Assembly: GCA_026391215.1 (NCBI GenBank)
Contig: JAPLDX010000066.1
Location: 1 to 54,461, forward strand
Length of the DNA stretch: 54,461 nt
Source of the DNA: Bacteroidia bacterium
GTDB taxonomy: Bacteria; Bacteroidota; Bacteroidia; Bacteroidales; VadinHA17
Direction of reading: 5' to 3'
The position numbers were made by a program, and so were the translations under genes. Under the pieces are notes generated by a model that was not told the origin of the DNA, made no database searches, and saw only the letters and a list, made by a program, of their open reading frames with translations. Positions 1 through 10,589 of this stretch are shown piece by piece (positions within the stretch are counted from its first letter, which is position 1; every line of letters begins with the position of its first letter).

Positions 1-471
1 TTCCGGGACAAGACCTTCAAATACGATTTATATGCTGATGAAATAGTACTCTGGGTAAATTCATCCACAATAATTTTCCTGAACAAGGAAATGGTTGATG
101 AGTTTACCATAGATTATTACAAAAATGAATTTCGCGTTTTAAATACTGGGAATGACAGCACCAGTGTCCTCCGGGGATATGTAAATATATATTATGAAGG
201 TCCGACGGCTCTTTATGTGAAATACAGGAAAGAGATTGAATTACTGGCTGTTGAAAATAAATACGATCTTTTCTCCCAGCACCACAAAATTTATATTAGA
301 AAAAACGGTGAGGTTATCCAGGTTTCAGGAAAGCGGCAGTTGTATAAGCTCCTTGCTGATAAAAAAGTTGAACTGAAAGATTTTGTTAAGAAGAACAGGC
401 TCACCATTACAAAAGAAGTACCGCAGAGCTTTGTCCCCTTGTTACAATATTATGATGGCCTTATTCAATAA
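1..471 (+). CDS. Hypothetical protein, 5'-truncated; typical upstream partner of TBDR/DUF4249 modules
   Basis: The frame is open from base 1 (FRDKTFKYDLYADEIVLW...) into ORF 91..471. It ends 12 bp before the TBDR start. Confidence 0.75.
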   Translation, partial: FRDKTFKYDLYADEIVLWVNSSTIIFLNKEMVDEFTIDYYKNEFRVLNTGNDSTSVLRGYVNIYYEGPTALYVKYRKEIELLAVENKYDLFSQHHKIYIRKNGEVIQVSGKRQLYKLLADKKVELKDFVKKNRLTITKEVPQSFVPLLQYYDGLIQ

Positions 472-483
472 GACTGAAGCAAT

Positions 484-3222
484 ATGAAAGTAAAATATCT
501 GATATTCGGTCTTTTGGCTATGGCAATTTCTGCTATGGCAGGTGCTCAGGAGAGATACCCCGTTAAGTGGGATTATAAAGGGCAAAGTTTTACCGAGTTT
601 GTTTCCAAATGCGAAGTGAGCTTCCCTGTCAGATTTTTTTATAATGAAGAGTGGATCAGGGATTATAAGCTGGGTGATTATGAAGGGGAGCTTACAGTGA
701 CTGATATTCTTGACAGTCTTTTCCTTGGGAAATCAATGTATTATTATGCTGATGATCACCAGAATATAGTTATAACAAAAGGCTTTGCAATTAAAAAATC
801 GGAAAAAGCAGCTGCGGAGCAGGAAAAATATATACCTGGGAATGATTATACAGGAACATCTGAAGAGAACAAGATAGCCGGCAACGTGGTGGTTGACATT
901 GGAAATCCTTCCGACAAAAATAAACCGGGAAATGTTGTTATCTCGGGTTATATTACAAATACCGATACACATGAGGCTATTGCAGGAGCGACTGTCTTTA
1001 TTCCCAGGCTATCTGCAGGGACCATATCAAATGAATATGGCTTCTATAATCTGACCGTTCCCAGGGGAAGCTATTCCCTGCGTTACTCTTTTATCGGAAT
1101 GAAAGAAAGAGTGGTTGATATTAATCTTTATGGAGCAGGTGAGCTTAATATTGAAATGAAAAGCACCCTCGTCCCGCTGAAGGAAACTGTTATCTCGGCG
1201 GACAAAAATGTCACATTGCAGCGTTTTGAAGTAGGTGTTGAAAGGATCAATATAACATCATTCCGCCTCATGCCTACAGCCATGGGTGAGTCAGATATCA
1301 TCAAGAGCATACTTCTTATTCCTGGTGTTCAGTCAGTGGGAGAGGGATCTGCCGGATTCAATGTGCGGGGAGGGTCAGCCGATCAGAACCTGATACTTCT
1401 TTATAGTGCACCTGTGTATAATTCATCACATTTCTTCGGTTTCTTCTCAGCAGTCAATTCTGATATTATCAAGGACGTCACTCTTTACAAGGGAGGCATC
1501 CCAAGCAGATACGGAGGGAGGTTATCATCCGTACTCGATATCATTCCAAGAGAGGGAAACAAAAGAGAATTCATAGGAAATGCAGGTATAAGCCCTATAA
1601 CAACCCATGTGGTGGTTGAAGGCCCTATTAAGAAAGATACTATTTCATACATACTGGCCGGCAGGACAACCTATTCTAACTGGATCTTTGGACTGATTGA
1701 GAATCCTGCATTAAGAAATAGCATGGCATCGTTTTATGATATTAATGCCAGGGTAGCATACGATATAGACAAAAAAAACAAAGCTGATCTATCAGCATAC
1801 CATAGTCACGACGCATTCAGGTTTAATTCTGATACAACCTATAAGTATGAAAATAATATTGTCACACTTAGGTGGCGTCATTTTTTCAGCAGCAGGTTCT
1901 TTTCAGGAATCAGCCTGAACAATAGTTCCTATAAATATGATATTTCAAGCGAAAGGGTACCTCAGGAATCATTTATACTATCTCATAAAATAAACAGTAC
2001 CAACCTGAAAGCAGATTTAAACTGGTATCCCGGAAGCAGAAATGAAATAAACTTTGGAGCTGACCTTAGCAGGTATGAAGTGCTGCCGGGAAGCTTCGTT
2101 CCGAAGGGCGATTCCTCAATTGTTCAGAGTGATGTCATTGCACGTCAAAGGGCTCTTGAACCGGCTTTGTATATCGAGGATAAGTTTATTGTAACTGATT
2201 ACTTATCAGTGAATGCAGGATTGAGACTATCATCCTACTTCGCATTTGGCCCCCAGTCGATACTGATATACGATCCGTCCTATACGAAAAGCGTTTCATC
2301 TGTTATTGACACATTAAATTTCGGTAAATTAGATAATTATAAGACTTATGCAGGTCCTGAATTCAGGCTGTCGGCTAATTTAAGACTTAATGACAACAGC
2401 TCATTCAAGGTAAATTATAACCGTACAAGACAGTACCTCCATCTTCTGTCAAACACTATCTCCATTTCGCCCAGCGATACATGGAAGCTGAGCGATTATA
2501 ACCTAAAACCGCAGGTTGGTGATCAGTTCGCAGCCGGTTATTACAGGATGCTGAATAAGAATAAGATAGAGGCTTCTGCTGAAATATATTTTAAAGAGAT
2601 TAAAAATCTGGTTGACTTCAAAGGCGGTACCGACCTTATCATGAATACTAATATTGAAAGAGACCTGGTAAACGTGGAAGGGAAAGCATATGGGGTGGAG
2701 TTCCTGTTAAAGAAACCGGAAGGACGTTTACGCTGGAGCGTTGGGTACACTTATTCACGGACACTAATAAAAAGCACAAGCAGCTTCAGTGAAGAAAGGA
2801 TTAATGGAGGGAAATGGTTCCCTGCTAATTATGATAAGCCGCACGATCTGATCCTGACCCTGAATTACCTGTATTCACGACGTATCAGCTTTTCTGCTAA
2901 TTATACCTACAGTTCAGGACGTCCTGTAACTTATCCGGTTGCATCATATAAGATCGGGGATATTGTCCTGACTCATTATTCCGAAAGGAATGAATACAGA
3001 TTACCATATTATTCAAGGCTTGACCTTTCCCTGAAGCTGAGCGGAAACCTGAAATCCAAAAAAATAGCTCATCCGCACTGGATTTTCTCATTATACAATG
3101 CCCTGGGGCGGGAGAATGTTTACTCAGTTTATTTCAAGAATGAAAAGAATGTAATAAAAGGATATATGTTATCTGTTTTTGGAAGGCCGATTCCTTCAGT
3201 CTCATTCAACTTTGATTTTTAA
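484..3222 (+). CDS. TonB-dependent receptor with carboxypeptidase-regulatory-like domain and an extra N-terminal domain
   Basis: Signal peptide; ISGYITNTDTHEAIAGATV (CarboxypepD_reg-like); plug motifs PGVQSVGEGSAGFNVRGGSADQNLIL and KGGIPSRYGGRLSSV; C-terminal SFNFDF. Confidence 0.93.
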   Translation: MKVKYLIFGLLAMAISAMAGAQERYPVKWDYKGQSFTEFVSKCEVSFPVRFFYNEEWIRDYKLGDYEGELTVTDILDSLFLGKSMYYYADDHQNIVITKGFAIKKSEKAAAEQEKYIPGNDYTGTSEENKIAGNVVVDIGNPSDKNKPGNVVISGYITNTDTHEAIAGATVFIPRLSAGTISNEYGFYNLTVPRGSYSLRYSFIGMKERVVDINLYGAGELNIEMKSTLVPLKETVISADKNVTLQRFEVGVERINITSFRLMPTAMGESDIIKSILLIPGVQSVGEGSAGFNVRGGSADQNLILLYSAPVYNSSHFFGFFSAVNSDIIKDVTLYKGGIPSRYGGRLSSVLDIIPREGNKREFIGNAGISPITTHVVVEGPIKKDTISYILAGRTTYSNWIFGLIENPALRNSMASFYDINARVAYDIDKKNKADLSAYHSHDAFRFNSDTTYKYENNIVTLRWRHFFSSRFFSGISLNNSSYKYDISSERVPQESFILSHKINSTNLKADLNWYPGSRNEINFGADLSRYEVLPGSFVPKGDSSIVQSDVIARQRALEPALYIEDKFIVTDYLSVNAGLRLSSYFAFGPQSILIYDPSYTKSVSSVIDTLNFGKLDNYKTYAGPEFRLSANLRLNDNSSFKVNYNRTRQYLHLLSNTISISPSDTWKLSDYNLKPQVGDQFAAGYYRMLNKNKIEASAEIYFKEIKNLVDFKGGTDLIMNTNIERDLVNVEGKAYGVEFLLKKPEGRLRWSVGYTYSRTLIKSTSSFSEERINGGKWFPANYDKPHDLILTLNYLYSRRISFSANYTYSSGRPVTYPVASYKIGDIVLTHYSERNEYRLPYYSRLDLSLKLSGNLKSKKIAHPHWIFSLYNALGRENVYSVYFKNEKNVIKGYMLSVFGRPIPSVSFNFDF

Positions 3223-3228
3223 TTATCC

Positions 3229-4350
3229 ATGAAACACAAATACCTGATCATATTAGTTATTGCTCTTTCAATAATTGCCGGGTGCATAACAGAGTTCATC
3301 CCGGAGACTGATGAGGCTACAAACCTCCTTGTAGTGGAAGGAGTGATTACCGATCAGTACCGCACAAATATGATAAAGGTATCGAGATCCCTGCCTCTTG
3401 GTAAATTTGTCTCTCCAAAACCTTTAAAAGGATGCCAGGTAACAATTACTGATGAGAACAATATTGTGTATACTCTGAAAGAAAGCCCCACGGGAACATA
3501 CCGTACTGATTCTACCAGGTTTTGCGGACATATAGGAGGCAAATATACTCTGAAGATAGTTACAGGAAACCTGACATATGTTTCATCTCCCATGGAGATG
3601 GTTCCTGTTCCTCCGGTGGACTCTCTCTTTTATGAGAAGGTTGTTATAATAGAAGAAAACGAATATGGCAGACCGGAGGAAGGATGTAAGATATATCTTA
3701 ACACATACGATCCGGAACAGAAGTGCCTGTTCTACAGGTGGGAATTCACAGAAACATGGGAATTCCGGCTTCCATTTGCTGTTCCGAACGCTGTATGCTG
3801 GATCACAAAACCCTCTCAAGAGATCTTTATCAGGAACACAAGTATTTATGACCAGTCACGTGTGACAAAACTTCCCCTTATTTATATAACTAATGAAACC
3901 GACAGGCTGAAGGCTATATACAGCTTACTGGTAAAACAGTATTCAATGACCCAGGATGAATATAATTACTGGGAGAAGCTTCAGAATGTTTCACAAAATG
4001 TAGGGGGGCTGTATGATGTCACCCCAATGACCATTTCAAGCAATATACGTAACCTTAATGATCCTGATGAGCTTATTCTTGGATATTTCAGTGTATCAGC
4101 AGTATCCGAGAAAAGGCTTTTTATTAAGGACAAATTCCAGGGTGTACCCAACTTTTATTACAATTGTCCGGGCGATACTGTTTTTGGAGGGTCATTTGTT
4201 CATATTGAAGGCCTTGGTTCATATGTCTGGGTTATTGAGGATAACACGGGTTCTATTTCAAATCCTTTCAGGGTTGTAACATATAGCAAAGAGTGTGCTG
4301 ATTGTACCACCCGGGGTACTACAACAAGACCTTCTTACTGGATTGAATAA
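3229..4350 (+). CDS. DUF4249-family lipoprotein, copy 1
   Basis: Lipobox IAGC; LVVEGVIT, YYWEKL-like segment, SNI and LGYFSVSAVS motifs; C-terminal CADCTTRGT..RPS.W. Confidence 0.85.
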   Translation: MKHKYLIILVIALSIIAGCITEFIPETDEATNLLVVEGVITDQYRTNMIKVSRSLPLGKFVSPKPLKGCQVTITDENNIVYTLKESPTGTYRTDSTRFCGHIGGKYTLKIVTGNLTYVSSPMEMVPVPPVDSLFYEKVVIIEENEYGRPEEGCKIYLNTYDPEQKCLFYRWEFTETWEFRLPFAVPNAVCWITKPSQEIFIRNTSIYDQSRVTKLPLIYITNETDRLKAIYSLLVKQYSMTQDEYNYWEKLQNVSQNVGGLYDVTPMTISSNIRNLNDPDELILGYFSVSAVSEKRLFIKDKFQGVPNFYYNCPGDTVFGGSFVHIEGLGSYVWVIEDNTGSISNPFRVVTYSKECADCTTRGTTTRPSYWIE

Positions 4351-4371
4351 TGATGATGTAACTAAGAATTA

Positions 4372-5478
4372 ATGGCTATTTATTCCGGACCGGTTGTTCT
4401 TTCTCTGCTTTTGCTGGTCTCAGCCTGTGTCACAAATTTTATACCTGAAACCAACGAGGATAATAATATACTCGTGGTTGAAGGTCTTATCACAGATCAG
4501 TACAGAACCAACGTGATAAAAATATCGACATCGTTTCCTCTCGGAAAACCTATGGGCGCTAAACCATTAAAGGGATGCCAGGTTACAATTACTGATGAAA
4601 ACAATATTTCATATAATCTTAAAGAATCATTTTTTGGAAGATATATTACAGATTCTACTGAATTCCGCGGACATGTAGGTGGTACGTATACTTTGAGAAT
4701 CGTCGCAGGTAATCTTACGTATGTTTCGTCACCTATGGAAATGCTGCCCGTTCCTCCTGTCGATTCACTCTTTTATGAAAAGGAAGTAATCGTCGAATCT
4801 AATGAGTGGGGCAGACCAGAGGAAGGATGCCAGATTTATCTCAGTACTTATGATCAGTTGAATAACTGCCTTTATTATAGATGGGATTTCACTGAGACAT
4901 GGGAATTTCAGATTCCTTATCCTGTCCCCAACTCTAGATGCTGGATTACAGAACATTCTGATAATATCTATATTAAGAATACAAGCGTTTATAGCCAGGC
5001 GAAGGTGACGGACTTCCCGCTTCATTTTGTTTCAAACGCAACCGACAGACTGAATGTAAAATACAGTATACTGGTTAACCAGTATTCTTTAAGCGAAGAT
5101 GAATATAATTTCTGGGAGAAAGTTCAAAACGTCTTGGAAAACGTAGGAGGACTTTATGATGTGACTCCTGTAACTATTTCAAGTAATATTCATTGTCTTA
5201 CTAATCCTGAAGAGATTGTTCTCGGTTATTTCAGTGTGTCGGCAGTATCTCAGAAAAGATTGTTTATAAAGGACAGTTTTTCAGGTTTACCTGTTTTGTA
5301 TCGATACAATAGATGTTTTGGAGACACAATTTGGGGAAATGCAGATATCCCTGGTCTTAATGTATATGCCTGGGTAATTGAGGATTATATTACTTACAAG
5401 ATTATAACATGGGAAAAAGATTGTGCTGACTGTACTACAAGGGGAACTCTTGTCAGGCCATCTTTCTGGGATCAATGA
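4372..5478 (+). CDS. DUF4249-family lipoprotein, copy 2 (tandem paralog)
   Basis: Lipobox VSAC; collinear similarity to 3229..4350 (KPLKGCQVTITDENNI, PVPPVDSLFYEK, CADCTTRGT). Confidence 0.85.
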   Translation: MAIYSGPVVLSLLLLVSACVTNFIPETNEDNNILVVEGLITDQYRTNVIKISTSFPLGKPMGAKPLKGCQVTITDENNISYNLKESFFGRYITDSTEFRGHVGGTYTLRIVAGNLTYVSSPMEMLPVPPVDSLFYEKEVIVESNEWGRPEEGCQIYLSTYDQLNNCLYYRWDFTETWEFQIPYPVPNSRCWITEHSDNIYIKNTSVYSQAKVTDFPLHFVSNATDRLNVKYSILVNQYSLSEDEYNFWEKVQNVLENVGGLYDVTPVTISSNIHCLTNPEEIVLGYFSVSAVSQKRLFIKDSFSGLPVLYRYNRCFGDTIWGNADIPGLNVYAWVIEDYITYKIITWEKDCADCTTRGTLVRPSFWDQ

Positions 5479-5496
5479 ATTTTTTAAAACTGAATA

Positions 5497-7881
5497 ATGA
5501 TAAAATATTTTAAACTGATCGTTTCTTTTCTTATACTGTTGTTCTTATTAGCAGAATACCAGTTAATTGCTCAGACCAGAACTGGTGAAGATATAAGAAC
5601 CCGGTTAGAAGAATACTGCCGGGATATCCCATGGGAAGAAATATTTATTCACACTGACCGGGATATTTATGTTGCAGGTGAAGAGATGTGGTTTAATTCA
5701 TATCTTTTCGACAGGCAGACAGGTAAACTATCCTCACGAAGCAAGGTAGCATATTTTGAGCTCTTAAATCCTGATAATGTTCCTGTTGTTCAGAAACGTC
5801 TTTTGATAACCGATGGAAGATGTCCGGGGAATGCTCATATTCCTGATACGCTTACTACCGGTACATATACCTTCAGGATCTATACAAACTGGATGAAGAA
5901 TTTCCTGCCGGAGAACGCTGCCATGAAAAGCATAAATATTGTCAACCCGTTCAGAAATTCCGGATTTAAAAGAAAAATAATATTTGAGAAACATCTTCCT
6001 TCAAAATTAAATATTGCTTTCTATCCGGAGGGTGGTGTGTTGTTGAACAGCATACGCGGCAAGGTAGCTGTAAAAGCATCAGATGAATATCAGAGAGGAG
6101 TGGTCTTTAATGGAATCGTCAGAGACAGCAAGGGAGATTCAGTTGCATCCTTTACAACTGACAGATATGGATTGGCATCATTTGAATTAACGCCGGCAAA
6201 TGGAAACAGCTATTATGTTCTTTATGCCGGTTCAGTCACTTATCTGCCGCTGGCATCAGATGAAGGCTGTTCTTTAAGAGCAGACTACCTGGGGAGAGAC
6301 CTGATGACGATTAGCTTAAACCGGACAGGAACATCAGTGAACCAGAATTATTCCCTTCTTATTCAGGCACATGGGAACACAAGCTATTTTGAAACCTTCA
6401 GCATATATGGTAACAATAAGACGATCGTTCTTCCATTATCCGGACTTTCTCCCGGGATCAATCAGATAACATTATTTAATCAGAACCGGAAGCCTGTGTG
6501 TGAAAGACTCGTTTTAATCAGCTCTGAGAATAATGCCGGCGTGCCTGGCTTAAAAACAGCTGATAAGTACGGGAAAAGAGAAAAAGTGATAGTGGATCTT
6601 GAAAAGGGACAAGAATCCGTAATAAATTCAACTTTTAGCATATCAGTGACTCCCAGGCAATTTAAAACGAATTATTCCGGGATAAGTGATTACCTGGTTT
6701 TTGGAACCGAATTTGGATACCTGCCATGGAATGAACCTGATGAACAGGCTGGTGAGGTTACTGTAAATGATTTTGATAATTTTCTGATTGGTGCTAAAAG
6801 CAGGTGGATCTCGTGGGAAAAGGTATTCTCGGATAATGTAGCTTCCCTGGATTTCATGATGGAAGAAAATGCACATTTGCTTTCAGGATTGATAAATGAG
6901 AGGGATAAATCGGTTTCTGAAAAGGACAAAGTTCTCACTCTTTCCATACCCGGAAAAGTAGCCTCCTATTACTATGCAAAGGCAAGCAGCTCAGGACAAT
7001 TTGAGTTCATGCTGCCTGTTGATCAGATACAGAAAAACCTTATTATCCAGCCCGGATCAACAGATGAAAATATATCTATTGAGATTCTGCCTTCATATTC
7101 GCGGATTACATCCGAATCCGTAAGCTTTAATGATTCTGTGACAGGAGTCATTTCTGCCGCATTTTCTGATCTTAGCGCCCGTCACCAGGTGAACAGGATC
7201 TTTGAGGCAGCAGTAAAGGAGGAGGTTCAGCCAGATCAATCGTTTGTTCAATCTGAAAAACGTTTCTATGGTAAGCCGGAAACACAAATTTTAATGGCTG
7301 ATTTCATCAGCCTGCCGGTTATGCAGGAGATCTTTTTTGAGCTTGCTCCGGGAGTACGCCTGAGAGAGAGAAAATCTGGTTACGATATGAGGATATTGAA
7401 TCCCTTTTCAAATGAATATTATAATGACCCTTCAACTGTGCTTATTGATGGTGTCATAATAAATGACCTGACAATATTGGCAAACCTTGACCCGGAACTT
7501 GTTGAAGAGATTGACATTGTGAAAACTCCTTATCTTACAGGCGACATAGTGCACAATGGTATCGTCCACGTAATTACAAAATCCGGTAAATTCAATAATC
7601 TCTCATTACCTGAGTATGCTGTTAAATTGCCATACAGGGTCACTGAACCTGTTCCTCTGTTCACTTTTCCTGATTATTCAGATGCTGAGAAAAAGAAAAG
7701 CAGGATACCTGATTTCAGAAATACTCTTTTCTGGAATCCACAGGTGAAATCTGAAAACGGCAATAAAATATTTATTGAATTCTGGTCTTCCGACCTGGCA
7801 GGCGATTATCTTATTGATATACACGGGATTACTTCGGATGGGAAGCCGGTTTCATTTATGAAAGTAATTACGATCTATTAA
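5497..7881 (+). CDS. Secreted MG2 (macroglobulin-like) domain protein with a TonB plug-like domain
   Basis: Signal peptide; IFIHTDRDIYVAGEEMWF (MG2-like); FYPEGG; VLIDGV...IDIVK plug-like segment; PDFRNTLFWNP C-terminal motif. Confidence 0.75.
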   Translation: MIKYFKLIVSFLILLFLLAEYQLIAQTRTGEDIRTRLEEYCRDIPWEEIFIHTDRDIYVAGEEMWFNSYLFDRQTGKLSSRSKVAYFELLNPDNVPVVQKRLLITDGRCPGNAHIPDTLTTGTYTFRIYTNWMKNFLPENAAMKSINIVNPFRNSGFKRKIIFEKHLPSKLNIAFYPEGGVLLNSIRGKVAVKASDEYQRGVVFNGIVRDSKGDSVASFTTDRYGLASFELTPANGNSYYVLYAGSVTYLPLASDEGCSLRADYLGRDLMTISLNRTGTSVNQNYSLLIQAHGNTSYFETFSIYGNNKTIVLPLSGLSPGINQITLFNQNRKPVCERLVLISSENNAGVPGLKTADKYGKREKVIVDLEKGQESVINSTFSISVTPRQFKTNYSGISDYLVFGTEFGYLPWNEPDEQAGEVTVNDFDNFLIGAKSRWISWEKVFSDNVASLDFMMEENAHLLSGLINERDKSVSEKDKVLTLSIPGKVASYYYAKASSSGQFEFMLPVDQIQKNLIIQPGSTDENISIEILPSYSRITSESVSFNDSVTGVISAAFSDLSARHQVNRIFEAAVKEEVQPDQSFVQSEKRFYGKPETQILMADFISLPVMQEIFFELAPGVRLRERKSGYDMRILNPFSNEYYNDPSTVLIDGVIINDLTILANLDPELVEEIDIVKTPYLTGDIVHNGIVHVITKSGKFNNLSLPEYAVKLPYRVTEPVPLFTFPDYSDAEKKKSRIPDFRNTLFWNPQVKSENGNKIFIEFWSSDLAGDYLIDIHGITSDGKPVSFMKVITIY

Positions 7882-8048
7882 TCTCAAGGGTCCGTTATCT
7901 GCTTTCCGGAAATTATATTTTTTAATTCTGAATTGTGATGTATTTTAATATTTACCCAGGTGCAAACACCGTGAATTGCTTATTTTTGAAATTGTATTTC
8001 TTCAATTAATTCATTAGCTTATCACCGTCTAAACGAGGCAGTCTGCAA

Positions 8049-10562
8049 ATGAAAAAGAAGCCTGAGATAAAAAAAGAAACTGGGGTTGATCTATCAGAGA
8101 ACCAGACTTTTGCCAGGATGAACACGGCGCTGGTCGAAAGTGAATTAAGCTACAGGAGCATCTTCGAAAATGCAACCGATGCAATATATGTACAGGATAA
8201 GGATGGTGTTTTTCTTGATGTAAATCCGGCAGCAATAAGAATGTATGGTTACAAGAGGGAGGAGATGGTCGGATTTACACCTGAGAAACTCGGGGCTCCG
8301 GGACGAAATGACCTTAAAAAGACACTTGAACACGTCAGGAAAGCTTTTAGGGGTGAGCCGCAAAGGTTTGAATGGTGGGGTAGACGTAAGAATGGTGAGA
8401 TATTCCCTAAAGAGATTGTTTTAAATAAGGGAATGTATCTCGGCAGGGAGTTGGTTTTTGCCATGGCGAGGGATATTACCGAAAGATACAGGGTTCTGGA
8501 AGCATTAAAGGAAAGTGAAGACAAATACAGATCACTTACCGACCAGATACCAGTCGGAGTATACAGGACCAGTACTGACGGACAATTGATTTACTCAAAT
8601 CCTGCACTGGTAAAAATACTGAATTATACCTCTGCTGAAGAGCTTCTTACGCTGAACGTCAGCCAGTTATATGCAAATCCGGCCGACCGCGAAATGCAGT
8701 TAAAGAAATCCCGAAAGACCTCTTCTGTTACACAAAGCGAATTCCAGCTTAAGAAAAAAACAGGAGAACTTATATGGGTAAGAGATAACAGTCGCCTTTT
8801 GTTTGATAAAAATGGCGATCCATTATATTTCGACGGAATACTTGAAGATATCACCGAGAAAAAAGTTTCAGAGATACACCTTCATTATCTGTCTGATATA
8901 CGTAGTCTCCTTATCGACCTTTCAACAGGTTTTATTAATCTTCCGATCAAAGAGATAGAACCTGCTGTCAACCAGTCGCTTATTAAAATCGGGGAGTTTG
9001 TAGGCGCTGACAGGGCATATGTATTTGAATATGACTTTATAAAAAATACCGGAACAAACACTTTTGAATGGTGCAGGCAGGGAACTGAACCTCAAATTGA
9101 GAAATTACAGGCGGTACCGCTTGAGGGATTCAGTGAATGGACAACTACGCACAGGAAAAGAGAGGTTGTCAAAGTAGATGATGCTACTGAATTACCTCAC
9201 GACAATCTTCGGAAATTTCTTGAAGATCAGCATGTTCTGAGCGTACTTACTATCCCCCTTATTCAGGATAATGAATGTATCGGGTTTGTAGGATTTGATT
9301 CTGTAAAGAAGAAACACAGTTATACTGAATATGAAGAGCAGCTTCTTAAAGTATATGCCCAGACACTCGTAAATGTGAAGGAACGGCTGAAAAAAGAGCA
9401 GCGGCTAATCAGCGCCAAGGAGAAAGCTGAAGAGAGTGACCGTCTGAAGTCTGCATTCCTGGCAAATATGAGTCACGAGATCCGTACGCCTATGAACGGA
9501 ATTATAGGCTTCCTGGATCTTCTTAAAGAACCTGATCTCTCTGAGGAAAACAAGAACGCTTATATAGACATTGTAACTCAGAGCAGTCACAGACTTCTTG
9601 ATACTATCAACGATATTATCGAAATTTCAAGGATCGAAACAGGTGAACTCAAGGTTCATATGTCACTGGTAAATATTTCAGAGCTGATGGCATACTATCA
9701 TGGATTTTTCAAGCAGCAGACCGACCAGAAAGGATTGAAATATTTTGTTACAAACAGACTGCCTGAAGAGATCAAATTTTTTATGACCGACAGGAACAAG
9801 CTTGAAAGCATTATTTCAAACCTTATAAAAAATGCGATAAAATTCACTTATGAAGGCTCTATAGAATTCGGATGTAATTATGAATCCGGCAATCTGATTT
9901 TTTTCGTCATGGACACCGGCATAGGGATTTCCTACGAAAGCCAGAATCAGGTTTTTGAAAGGTTTGTGCAGGGAGATATATCACTTTCGCGTCCGCAGGA
10001 AGGTTCGGGACTTGGATTATCGATTGTTAAGGCTTATGTCGGATTGCTTAAGGGAAAGATATGGCTTCAGTCTGAACCCGGTGAAGGAAGCACCTTCAGG
10101 TTTTCAGTACCTTATTACCCGTCAGAAGAGGAAAAAACGGAAAGTGAACCGCACGAAACTCTTCCGGAAATATCAGCAGAGAACCATACTTTTCTGATCG
10201 CAGAAGATGATTATGCAAGTTACCTTTACCTGGAACGCCTGCTTGCCGGACCGGGAATTACCTTTATCCATACAACAAACGGAAATGACACCGTCAGAGC
10301 TGCCAGGGACAATCCTGATTTGTCACTGATATTGATGGATTTGAGAATGCCGGGACTGACAGGGCTGGATGCAACAAAGCAGATAAGGGAATTCAATAAA
10401 ACTATTCCTATCATTGCCCAGACAGCATATGCTCTTATGGGAGACAGGGAAACGGCACTTCAGTCAGGTTGTAATGATTACATATCCAAGCCATTGAATC
10501 ATAATCAATTACATAAAATTATTTCCCGTTACACCAGTCAGAAAAAGAATATAAAGTGGTAA
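8049..10562 (+). CDS. Cytoplasmic hybrid sensor histidine kinase (PAS-PAS-GAF-HisKA-HATPase-REC)
   Basis: PAS ends RDITER and EDITEK; GADRAYVF (GAF); FLANMSHEIRTPMNGI; NAIKFT; GSGLGL; LMDLRMP receiver. No TM helices seen. Confidence 0.95.
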   Translation: MKKKPEIKKETGVDLSENQTFARMNTALVESELSYRSIFENATDAIYVQDKDGVFLDVNPAAIRMYGYKREEMVGFTPEKLGAPGRNDLKKTLEHVRKAFRGEPQRFEWWGRRKNGEIFPKEIVLNKGMYLGRELVFAMARDITERYRVLEALKESEDKYRSLTDQIPVGVYRTSTDGQLIYSNPALVKILNYTSAEELLTLNVSQLYANPADREMQLKKSRKTSSVTQSEFQLKKKTGELIWVRDNSRLLFDKNGDPLYFDGILEDITEKKVSEIHLHYLSDIRSLLIDLSTGFINLPIKEIEPAVNQSLIKIGEFVGADRAYVFEYDFIKNTGTNTFEWCRQGTEPQIEKLQAVPLEGFSEWTTTHRKREVVKVDDATELPHDNLRKFLEDQHVLSVLTIPLIQDNECIGFVGFDSVKKKHSYTEYEEQLLKVYAQTLVNVKERLKKEQRLISAKEKAEESDRLKSAFLANMSHEIRTPMNGIIGFLDLLKEPDLSEENKNAYIDIVTQSSHRLLDTINDIIEISRIETGELKVHMSLVNISELMAYYHGFFKQQTDQKGLKYFVTNRLPEEIKFFMTDRNKLESIISNLIKNAIKFTYEGSIEFGCNYESGNLIFFVMDTGIGISYESQNQVFERFVQGDISLSRPQEGSGLGLSIVKAYVGLLKGKIWLQSEPGEGSTFRFSVPYYPSEEEKTESEPHETLPEISAENHTFLIAEDDYASYLYLERLLAGPGITFIHTTNGNDTVRAARDNPDLSLILMDLRMPGLTGLDATKQIREFNKTIPIIAQTAYALMGDRETALQSGCNDYISKPLNHNQLHKIISRYTSQKKNIKW

Positions 10563-10589
10563 AACAAGATATTCTAAATTAATAGTCGG

